From assembly GCA_029261065.1 (NCBI GenBank), contig JAJDCB010000026.1, positions 82,715 through 146,714 of the forward strand: 64,000 bases of DNA, written 5' to 3'. This DNA is from Candidatus Omnitrophota bacterium (lineage in GTDB: Bacteria; Omnitrophota; Gorgyraeia; Zapsychrales; Zapsychraceae). Both the position numbers and the translations under genes were made by a program. The notes under the pieces are model-generated. The model did no database searches. It saw only the letters and a program-made list of their open reading frames with translations, and was not told the DNA's origin. This document shows, piece after piece, positions 1 through 7,249 of the stretch (positions within the stretch are counted from its first letter, which is position 1; each line of letters opens with the position of its first letter).

Positions 1-1
1 T

Positions 2-238
2 TCTATTTTAGGTGGATCGTTATTTATGGCTGAAAGAAATTATAGCTTTGGAGAGTCGGTTGTTTTTGGAGCGGGTTCAGGTATTGGTTGGTTTTTAGCG
101 ATCGTTGCAATGGCGGCCATTCGCACCAAATTAAAATATTCCAATATTCCAAATTCTTTAAAAGGATTAGGTATCACTATGATCATTACAGGATTGATGG
201 CCATGGGTTTTATGTGTTTTGCAGGGATTCAGTTATAG
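2..238 (+). CDS. nqrE: Na+-translocating NADH:quinone reductase subunit E (5'-truncated)
   Basis: C-terminal NqrE/RnfA-type sequence ([17 protein letters not shown]...[18 protein letters not shown]) directly upstream of nqrF; frame is open from the window start. Confidence 0.9.
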   Translation, partial: SILGGSLFMAERNYSFGESVVFGAGSGIGWFLAIVAMAAIRTKLKYSNIPNSLKGLGITMIITGLMAMGFMCFAGIQL

Positions 239-257
239 AATTTAAATAGGAGTTATT

Positions 258-1490
258 GTGGGATTAATTCAAACTGTTTTATTAAGTGTCTTAATATTTT
301 CTGGAATCATTATTATTTTGATTTCTCTTTTATCATTTGTGGAATCTAAAGTCGCCCAAAAAGGTGATTGCAAGATCTATATTAATGATGAAAAGGAACC
401 CATTTCTGTTGCTGGCGGCGGAAATTTATTAGCAACTTTGTCTGAACAAAAAATTTTCTTACCTTCAGCTTGTGGTGGTGGGGGAACGTGTGCGATGTGT
501 AAATGCCAAGTTCTAGAAGGTGGCGGAGATATTTTACCAACAGAAACAGGTCTTATTACAAGGGCAGAACAAAAGGATCAGGTTCGTTTATCTTGCCAAG
601 TTAAAATTCGCGAAGATATGAGAATTAAAATTCCTGAGGAAGTTTTTAAGATTCAGAAATTTGATTGTAAAGTAAGATCTAATCACAATGTTGCGACCTT
701 TATTAAAGAACTTGTCATCGAGTTACCGAAAGATAAAACACTAGATTTCGAAGCCGGTGGATATATTCAAATTGATATTCCTCCGTATAAATTGCAATAC
801 AGTGAGTTTGACATTGAACAAGAATATCATCCTGATTGGGATACTTATAAGCTTTGGGATATTAAGGCGGAAAACGATGAACCTATATACAGAGCTTACT
901 CTATGGCTAGTCATCCAGCTGAAGAGGGTATCGTTATGTTAAACGTTCGTATTGCAACGCCACCGCCAAGAGATATGACTTTGCCTGCGGGTAAAGCCTC
1001 ATCTTATATTTTTAATTTAAAGCCGGGCGACCCTGTTGTTATTAGTGGACCTTATGGTGAGTTTTTTATCAAAGATACAAAACGCGAAATGATGTACATT
1101 GGTGGTGGAGCTGGTATGGCACCGATGAGAAGTCATTTGTTTCATCTTTTTCATACCGCGCAAACAAGAGATCGTAAGGTGACTTTTTGGTATGGTGCGC
1201 GTTCCAAACGTGAAATGTTTTACGAAGAAGATTTTGCCAATATTGCAAAAAACTTTCCAAATTTTTCTTATCATGTGGCCATGTCTGAACCTCTCCCTGA
1301 GGATAATTGGGATGGCTTAAAAGGTTTTATTCACCAAGCGGTATTAGAAAGTTATTTAAAGAATCACGACGAGCCTGAGGAGATTGAATATTATCTTTGT
1401 GGGCCGCCTATGATGATCGATGCTGTTCAAAAGATGTTAGATTCTTTGGGAGTTCCTGAGGAGATGATAGCTTTTGATTCGTTTGGGTAA
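258..1490 (+). CDS. nqrF: Na+-NQR subunit F
   Basis: N-terminal TM helix, 2Fe-2S motif SACGGGGTCAMC, RAYSMAS, GGGAGMAPMRSH, YLCGPP; GTG start with AGGAG SD. Confidence 0.97.
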   Translation: MGLIQTVLLSVLIFSGIIIILISLLSFVESKVAQKGDCKIYINDEKEPISVAGGGNLLATLSEQKIFLPSACGGGGTCAMCKCQVLEGGGDILPTETGLITRAEQKDQVRLSCQVKIREDMRIKIPEEVFKIQKFDCKVRSNHNVATFIKELVIELPKDKTLDFEAGGYIQIDIPPYKLQYSEFDIEQEYHPDWDTYKLWDIKAENDEPIYRAYSMASHPAEEGIVMLNVRIATPPPRDMTLPAGKASSYIFNLKPGDPVVISGPYGEFFIKDTKREMMYIGGGAGMAPMRSHLFHLFHTAQTRDRKVTFWYGARSKREMFYEEDFANIAKNFPNFSYHVAMSEPLPEDNWDGLKGFIHQAVLESYLKNHDEPEEIEYYLCGPPMMIDAVQKMLDSLGVPEEMIAFDSFG

Positions 1491-1493
1491 AAT

Positions 1494-1554
1494 AAATAGT
1501 GACAGGCACCAATTTTATTATAGTTTATTTTAAAATTGGTGCCTGTCACTATTT
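1494..1554. repeat. Perfect 23-bp inverted repeat between convergent genes (REP-like, probable bidirectional terminator)
   Basis: aaatagtgacaggcaccaatttt ... aaaattggtgcctgtcactattt; contains the stop codon of the nqrM-like gene. Confidence 0.85.
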
Positions 1555-1710
1555 ATCACATACCGCAGGATCTTTGCCTTCTTTAGCGCAAGCACAATCG
1601 TCAGGGTTTACCGAACACCCCTTCTTTAGGGCTTTCTTCGAGATAATCAATCCAATCGCCATTCCGGCGAAACATAATCCAAATATAAGTATGGTTGCTA
1701 ATGTATTCAT
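1549..1710 (-). CDS. nqrM: NqrM-like (DUF539) small Cys-rich membrane protein, 53 aa
   Basis: MNTLATILIFGLCFAGMAIGLIISKKALKKGC...CAC...C: TM helix with GMAIG then K-rich segment and Cys cluster; adjacent to nqrF. Start moved to ATG at 1710. Confidence 0.65.
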   Translation of the reverse strand: MNTLATILIFGLCFAGMAIGLIISKKALKKGCSVNPDDCACAKEGKDPAVCDK

Positions 1711-1789
1711 AGGCACAGTATAGTGGATTAAAATTCGAAAATCAATATTACTCTTTCTCAAAAAAGCGTTTGTGATACAATAGGGGCTT

Positions 1790-3034
1790 ATGAGCACAAC
1801 AAAGAAAAAAACACAAAGTAAAACTTTAAATATTAGCCAAGCTCAAGAATTAAAAATTTTGCGTTCCATTGTTGAAATCACCAACTCCGAGCTGGATTTG
1901 GATGTGACTCTTAAAGAAATTGTTAAGGTCGTCAATGATATGACTAAGGCCGATTCTGTTTTTATTTATTTGTTTGATGAAAAACGCAAGCATCTTGTGT
2001 TGATGGCCTCAAAAACACCGCATAAGAAAGAGTTGGGAAAAGTTATTTTAAAGGCAGGAGAAGGGATTACCGGTTGGGTTGCCAAGGAAAACAAACCGGT
2101 GGCGATTTCAGAAAATGCTTATCAAGACAAACGTTTCAAAAACTTTGATGTCCTCCCCGAGGATCAGTACGAAGCCTTTCTTTCTGTTCCAATTGTCCAT
2201 AAAAAACGTGCGATAGGTGTTGTGAATGTTCAACATCGAAAAACGCACGCATATGGGGCTAGCCCCATTAATCTTATTACAATTATTGCCAAGCACATCA
2301 GCGGGATCATTGAACATGCCAGGCTTTATGAAGAAACCAAACAAAAGGCTGTTCAATTCGACAGTCTTGTTAAGGTTAGTCAATCCATCACTTCCGAAGC
2401 GTATCTCGATGAAATTCTTAATTTGATTGTTGTTGTGACAGCGGAGATGCTAAATTCAAAAATTTGTTCCATCATGTTATTGAATCAAAAGAAAAAAGAA
2501 CTCGTTATTAGTGCAACACAGAGTTTAAGTTCTTCGTATAAAAAGAAACCAAATTTAAAAGTTGATGATAGTGTGAGTGGTCAGGCGATTAAAACAAAGA
2601 AACCGATAGCCATTGATGATGTACGCAAAGATAAAAAATATCGATTTAAAGACATGGCCGTTAAAGAAAATTTAACGTCAATGCTCGCGGTCCCAATGGT
2701 TCTTAAGGACATTGCCATTGGTGTTGTTAACGTTTATATGAAAACACCCCACACCTTCACCCAAGAAGAAATTGATGTCTTACAAATGGTTGCTAATCAA
2801 GCGGCCGTCGCTGTTGAGAACACAAAACTTGTCGAAGAGATGGTCAAAACCAAAGAAGCCCTCGAAACCCGTAAACTCATCGAACGCGCCAAAGGCATCG
2901 TCATGCGCATGAGCAACCTCGAAGAAGAAGCCGCCTACCGCCTCATCCACAAAAAAGCTATGGACTCTTGCAAGTCGATGAAAGATATTTCTGAATCAAT
3001 CATTTTGATGGATGAGTTTCAAAAAGGGAAATAA
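1790..3034 (+). CDS. GAF-GAF-ANTAR RNA-binding antiterminator
   Basis: Two GAF domains (GEGITGWVA...FLSVPIV...IGVVNVQ; SMLAVPMV...IGVVNVY) and C-terminal ANTAR signature LETRKLIERAKGIVM...EEEAAYRLIHKKAMD. Confidence 0.92.
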   Translation: MSTTKKKTQSKTLNISQAQELKILRSIVEITNSELDLDVTLKEIVKVVNDMTKADSVFIYLFDEKRKHLVLMASKTPHKKELGKVILKAGEGITGWVAKENKPVAISENAYQDKRFKNFDVLPEDQYEAFLSVPIVHKKRAIGVVNVQHRKTHAYGASPINLITIIAKHISGIIEHARLYEETKQKAVQFDSLVKVSQSITSEAYLDEILNLIVVVTAEMLNSKICSIMLLNQKKKELVISATQSLSSSYKKKPNLKVDDSVSGQAIKTKKPIAIDDVRKDKKYRFKDMAVKENLTSMLAVPMVLKDIAIGVVNVYMKTPHTFTQEEIDVLQMVANQAAVAVENTKLVEEMVKTKEALETRKLIERAKGIVMRMSNLEEEAAYRLIHKKAMDSCKSMKDISESIILMDEFQKGK

Positions 3035-3053
3035 ATCTTAATAAAGGATTTAT

Positions 3054-4106
3054 ATGGCAAAGGCTTTAACCCTACCAAAATATAACACCCTTCTTAACGA
3101 GATTACGGCGATTTATACGCAATCTCAGCAAAAGGCGAAGAAGGCGCTTAATAAGATTCTGACACAGGCCTATTGGGAAATTGGCAAGCGGATTGTGACG
3201 GTGGAGCAGGAGAATAAATTTCGCGCACAGTACGGTGAATCTTTAATCAAAAACCTCTCCAAAGATCTTAGCCAGTTGCACGGCAAGGGCTTTTCCGTAA
3301 CGAACCTGTATCATATGCGGGAATTTTATGTAACTCACCCAATACTCCAGCCGGCTGGAGTATTCGATTGGACCAAACATTGCATCCTTTTATCGATAGA
3401 AGATACCCAATTACGCAAACTCTACGAGAAAAAGGTCGCAAAGGAAAAATGGTCGAAGCGGAAACTTATTGCTGAATTAAAAGCAGATGAACGCGTTTAT
3501 CAGGAGGAAGAGGCAAAAGATAAACCACAAAAAAAATTGACGCTTCGTGATGTGAGGGGACTTATTGGTGTGTATAAGATTGTCGTCCTGCAAGGCATGC
3601 AAATTAAAGATGAGAAGCCCTCTTTGGATTTGGGATTTAATATATATGAATATGGGATTAAAGGGTTATCGCGGTTCGTCCACGGGGATATTGTTGAATT
3701 AAGCGAAGAGGGGCCATTACGTAAGGCCACGCTGCGAAGCAAAAATGATTTGTATATCTACAAGGCTATGTCTGAGAAAGTGGTGGATGGTGATACCGTG
3801 TGGGTGAATGTGATTTTTGGAAATAAATTGTACGCACGCCGAAAATTACGCCTGCGCGGGATTAATGCCCCGGAGATCGGCACGCGTGCTGGTGAAATAG
3901 CCAAATCATTTTTAAAACACACCCTTGATTCCGTTGAGTTTGTCGTCATCAAAACCTACGGCACCGGCAAATTCGGTCGTTATGTGGCCGACATTTACTA
4001 TTTACCCGGTGAAACCGACCCAAACATCGTGGCCCGCGACGGTATCTTCCTCAATCAAGAAATGTTGGATCAGGGGTTGGTTGGGTTGTATATGGGGAAC
4101 GGATAG
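3054..4106 (+). CDS. DUF1016/YhcG N-terminal domain fused to a thermonuclease (SNase) domain
   Basis: AYWEIGKRIV..EQ...RAQYG...LS.DL....GKGFS..NL..MR.FY (DUF1016_N); VVDGDT, RLRGINAPE, GKFGRYVA, LNQEMLDQGL (SNase). Confidence 0.85.
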   Translation: MAKALTLPKYNTLLNEITAIYTQSQQKAKKALNKILTQAYWEIGKRIVTVEQENKFRAQYGESLIKNLSKDLSQLHGKGFSVTNLYHMREFYVTHPILQPAGVFDWTKHCILLSIEDTQLRKLYEKKVAKEKWSKRKLIAELKADERVYQEEEAKDKPQKKLTLRDVRGLIGVYKIVVLQGMQIKDEKPSLDLGFNIYEYGIKGLSRFVHGDIVELSEEGPLRKATLRSKNDLYIYKAMSEKVVDGDTVWVNVIFGNKLYARRKLRLRGINAPEIGTRAGEIAKSFLKHTLDSVEFVVIKTYGTGKFGRYVADIYYLPGETDPNIVARDGIFLNQEMLDQGLVGLYMGNG

Positions 4107-4114
4107 TTAGGAAC

Positions 4115-4135
4115 AAGTAGGGTTTGTCCCTATTT
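4115..4135. repeat. TAGGGTYTGTCCCTA hairpin repeat, copy 1
   Basis: aagtagggtttgtccctattt; related copies at 4469-4489 and 24567-24591. Confidence 0.7.
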
Positions 4136-4474
4136 TTCATTGTTATCAGGAGATCAGAAGTGAATAAAATTAAAAGATATTTTCAGGAATCAAAAGAAAT
4201 TTCTGAAAGATTAAAGAAACTATCGGGATGGAAAGTTCTAAAAATTAATTTTCTTATTGCGTGGAAATTTATGTTAGGTTTCATCCTTATAAAATTTTTT
4301 ATGGTTGCAATGTTTATAGTAGCACTAACATATGTAACAAACATCGAGTTTGTAATACCAAGTTTAATCGGAGTTTTTGTAATTTTGATAATAGGTTGGT
4401 CATATATTGGGATTACAAAAATAATGTCGTTAGATAAATATCGAAAATTACTTGTTAAAATTGAGAATGAATAG
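4124..4474 (+). CDS. Hypothetical very AT-rich membrane protein (start uncertain)
   Basis: 116-aa ORF with about two hydrophobic helices; bracketed by two copies of a short hairpin repeat. Confidence 0.5.
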   Translation: MSLFFIVIRRSEVNKIKRYFQESKEISERLKKLSGWKVLKINFLIAWKFMLGFILIKFFMVAMFIVALTYVTNIEFVIPSLIGVFVILIIGWSYIGITKIMSLDKYRKLLVKIENE

Positions 4475-4489
4475 GGTCTGTCCCTACTT
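4469..4489. repeat. TAGGGTYTGTCCCTA hairpin repeat, copy 2
   Basis: gaatagggtctgtccctactt; supplies the TAG stop of the 4124-4474 ORF. Confidence 0.7.
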
Positions 4490-4521
4490 ATTCTTACTGG
4501 GCTCCGTGGTACACTAAAGTC

Positions 4522-4550
4522 TTGACAACGGAGAAAATGGATAGTATACT
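4522..4550 (+). promoter_or_regulatory. Sigma70 promoter of amtB-glnK
   Basis: TTGACA-17 nt-TATACT. Confidence 0.85.
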
Positions 4551-4556
4551 TTATTC

Positions 4557-4637
4557 ATCAAAGCAAAGTTGTTTTGATTTTATAAATGCAGGGACAAAGA
4601 TGCCCGACAAACTTTTTTAAAGATTGTCGGTTTTTTT
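4557..4637 (+). promoter_or_regulatory. ANTAR dual-hexaloop attenuator 1 with intrinsic terminator
   Basis: P1 atcaaagc-AAAGTT-gttttgat; P2 gggac-AAAGAT-gccc overlapping terminator ccgacaa...ttgtcgg-T7; both loops A1/G4 with C-G closing pair. Confidence 0.88.
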
Positions 4638-4640
4638 ATT

Positions 4641-4721
4641 TATAATCACAGAAGATTATAGTTGTTTTGGACAGAGAAGTCCTCTTGATGAGCCGCCGAA
4701 GGTTTAAAGAGGGCTTTTTTT
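4641..4721 (+). promoter_or_regulatory. ANTAR dual-hexaloop attenuator 2 with intrinsic terminator
   Basis: P1 tataatc-ACAGAA-gattata; P2 ggac-AGAGAA-gtcc overlapping terminator gtcctctt...aagagggc-T7. Confidence 0.88.
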
Positions 4722-4758
4722 GTGCTTAAATTAAGGTCAATAACGGACGGAGGAAAAA

Positions 4759-6090
4759 ATGTTGAAAAAGTATTTAAAACGATTATTATTAGGTTCTGCG
4801 TTGGGTCTTGGTGGGCTTTTGGTTTTAAGTCAGCCGGCTTTTGCAGAAGAAACAGTAAGTTTAGAGATGTTTACGATTAACAACACGTGGATGCTTGTTT
4901 CCGCTTTTTTGGTTTTTATCATGCATCTTGGCTTTGCAACACTGGAAGCCGGTCTTACACGATCCAAAAACACGGTTAACATTCTCTTTAAAAACGTGAT
5001 GATTCTATCAATAGGGTTGTTAACCTATGCCTTGGTTGGATTTAATTTAATGTATCCAGGTGAAGGTTCGTGGATCTTGGGTCAATGGTTTGGTTTTGCA
5101 GGTTTTGGGATCGGAACAGATGCAGCGGGTTTAACGAGTGCTTATAATCCGGGATATACTTATTGGACAGACTTTATCTTTCAAGGTATGTTTGCCGCGA
5201 CGTGTGCCACGATTGTTTCCGGGGCTGTTGCTGAAAGAATTAAGTTACATTCCTTTTTAGTTTTTTCGACCATTTATGTCGCTCTCATTTATCCTTGGTT
5301 AGGGAGTTGGAAGTGGGGTGGTGGTTGGTTAGATGGTTTGGGTTTTTATGATTTTGCAGGCTCAACATTAGTTCATTCGGTAGGTGGTTGGGCGGCTCTT
5401 GCTTGTATTATTATTTTAGGTCCCCGTTTTGGAAAGTATTCTCAAGGTCAATCACGGGCGATTCCAGGACACAGCATGCCTCTGGCGACAATCGGTGTCT
5501 TTTTGCTGTGGTTAGGGTGGTTTGGTTTTAATGGCGGATCTGTTCTTTCTGCTGATCCTGGTTTGGTGTCCTACGTTTTTGTGACAACAGCTTTAGCGGC
5601 TGCTGCGGGTGTTGTGGGATCTATGTTTGCATCGGAGTTTATGCTTAAGAAACCTGATTTGTCCATGGTTTTAAATGGATCATTAGCAGGCTTAGTAGGA
5701 ATTACAGCAGGCGCTGATGTTGTTTCAATTCCTTCTGCTATAATTATCGGACTTGTTGCAGGGGCTTTAGTTGTTGCTTCTGTTATTTTTATTGATTCAA
5801 AATTAAAGATAGACGATCCTGTTGGTGCCACTTCTGTTCATTTGGTTTGTGGTATTTGGGGAACCTTAGCTGTTGGAATCTTTAGTCCGGATCATTCTTT
5901 TCTTACGCAATTATTAGGCGTTGTTGCTTATGGAGCCGTATCTTTTGTAAGCGCCTTTGTTATTTTCTCCATTGTGAAAGCTGTCATGGGTGTTCGTGTG
6001 ACAGAAAGAGAAGAGATTAGAGGTCTTGATATCGACGAGCATGGCATGGAAGCTTATGCTGGATTTCAAATATTCTCAACAGAAGGATAA
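4759..6090 (+). CDS. amtB: Ammonium transporter
   Basis: FQGMFAAT..TIVSGAVAER, DFAGSTLVHSVGG, LWLGWFGFNGGS, IDDPVGATSVHLVCG; cleavable N-terminal signal. Confidence 0.97.
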   Translation: MLKKYLKRLLLGSALGLGGLLVLSQPAFAEETVSLEMFTINNTWMLVSAFLVFIMHLGFATLEAGLTRSKNTVNILFKNVMILSIGLLTYALVGFNLMYPGEGSWILGQWFGFAGFGIGTDAAGLTSAYNPGYTYWTDFIFQGMFAATCATIVSGAVAERIKLHSFLVFSTIYVALIYPWLGSWKWGGGWLDGLGFYDFAGSTLVHSVGGWAALACIIILGPRFGKYSQGQSRAIPGHSMPLATIGVFLLWLGWFGFNGGSVLSADPGLVSYVFVTTALAAAAGVVGSMFASEFMLKKPDLSMVLNGSLAGLVGITAGADVVSIPSAIIIGLVAGALVVASVIFIDSKLKIDDPVGATSVHLVCGIWGTLAVGIFSPDHSFLTQLLGVVAYGAVSFVSAFVIFSIVKAVMGVRVTEREEIRGLDIDEHGMEAYAGFQIFSTEG

Positions 6091-6240
6091 TATTATGAAT
6101 AACAATTATTCGCTTGTGCAAGATGTATCGAAGAAGCGGGAGCTCCTACTAAGAGATACCCTGTTCGCCTTGTTAGCAGCAGGCTTGCACAAGCCTTATA
6201 AATTATTAACAATGAATGTGTTGTTAAAAGAGCAAGAAAA

Positions 6241-6379
6241 GGTACAAGTGACAAGAAACAAGATACAAAAAAACATCAATGTTCAAGGTTTAATAGCCAA
6301 ACAGCTTGTTGTCAGGAAATTATTTGAAAATTGTATTTTGGGTTTTGTTTCTTTTTTGTACCTTGTACCTTGTATCTTG
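6241..6379. repeat. Heptamer-armed intergenic hairpin, TACAAGN family, copy 1
   Basis: ggtacaagtgacaagaaacaagatacaaaaaa ... ttttttgtaccttgtaccttgtatcttg; closely similar to 60061-60194. Confidence 0.85.
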
Positions 6380-6421
6380 AAATTTTTGACAATATCAATA
6401 ATGAACGATGGGAGATAGATC

Positions 6422-6763
6422 ATGAAATTAATTATAGCAATGATTAAACCGCATCAATTGCCTTCAACAAAAAAGGCCTTGTTTGATGCTGGGATTAAGA
6501 AAATGACCGTTTCAAATGTGTTGGGTTGTGGGCAACAAGGTGGGTTTAGCGAAACCTATCGAGGGGTTGTTCATGAGATCAACCTTCTAAAAAAGATTCG
6601 TATTGAAATTGCGGTTAATGATGATTTTGAAGAAAAGACCATTAAGGCCATTATTGCGGGCGCCAAAACGGGTCGAATCGGTGATGGGAAGATTTTTGTG
6701 TTAGATCTTCCTAAATGTATTCGGATTCGGACGGAAGAGGCGGGGTCTGAGGCGGTTGGTTGA
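6422..6763 (+). CDS. glnK: PII nitrogen regulatory protein
   Basis: [21 protein letters not shown] (T-loop Tyr), [16 protein letters not shown]; follows amtB. Confidence 0.95.
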   Translation: MKLIIAMIKPHQLPSTKKALFDAGIKKMTVSNVLGCGQQGGFSETYRGVVHEINLLKKIRIEIAVNDDFEEKTIKAIIAGAKTGRIGDGKIFVLDLPKCIRIRTEEAGSEAVG

Positions 6764-6776
6764 TATTTAGGTAGGA

Positions 6777-6872
6777 GGTTCCCGCTTTCTCGGGAATGAC
6801 ATGAGGAAAGGGAGCGACAATCAGAATCTGTCATTCCTGCAAAACCTGTCATTCCCGAGACATCGGGAATCC
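6777..6872. repeat. REP cluster, TGTCATTCCC-N8-GGGAATC family
   Basis: Inverted copy ggttcccgctttctcgggaatgaca, a partial copy, and direct copy tgtcattcccgagacatcgggaatc (identical to 20655-20679). Confidence 0.85.
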
Positions 6873-6926
6873 CCTGCAGCGTTGTAACTTAGCGCATTTC
6901 ATATGTTTTTGGCTTTGAGAAATTTC

Positions 6927-6955
6927 TTGACAAAAATTTACAGAAAATGTATATT
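6927..6955 (+). promoter_or_regulatory. Sigma70 promoter of GSIII gene
   Basis: TTGACA-17 nt-TATATT. Confidence 0.75.
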
Positions 6956-6992
6956 GATGCTTCTAATCCGCGGCATTTCATGCGGAGTCCGA

Positions 6993-7109
6993 TAAGGCAT
7001 TGCCGTCTTAGTCAAGGGCAGAGATAATATGAATATAAATATATATAAGATTTGAGGGCAACGAAGTCCTTCTTAAAAGTGAATACGCTTTTTTAAGAAG
7101 GATTTTTTT
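6993..7109 (+). promoter_or_regulatory. ANTAR-type attenuator in GSIII leader
   Basis: gagggc-AACGAA-gtcctt (7054-7071) overlaps terminator tccttcttaaaag...ttaagaagga-T7; candidate P1 taaggc-ATTGCC-gtctta (6993-7010). Confidence 0.75.
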
Positions 7110-7249
7110 ATTGCAATGAGTATTTAATTTATGCGACCAAAGGAAGCCTAAATTAGAAATACGAATTGCCCCCGCCAAAGGCGGGGTCGCTTCATTTAAA
7201 ACAGAAGGTTGAACTAAATATAACGAAACGATAAAAGGGAGAATTTGCT

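Noticed and set aside
6026-6418. 130-aa ORF between amtB and glnK
   Set aside because: Overlaps amtB and is largely translated hairpin-repeat sequence; no recognisable domain
6961-7110. Glutamine (glnA-motif) riboswitch in the GSIII leader
   Set aside because: I could not find the three-way junction/E-loop consensus; the ANTAR hairpin plus terminator explains the region better
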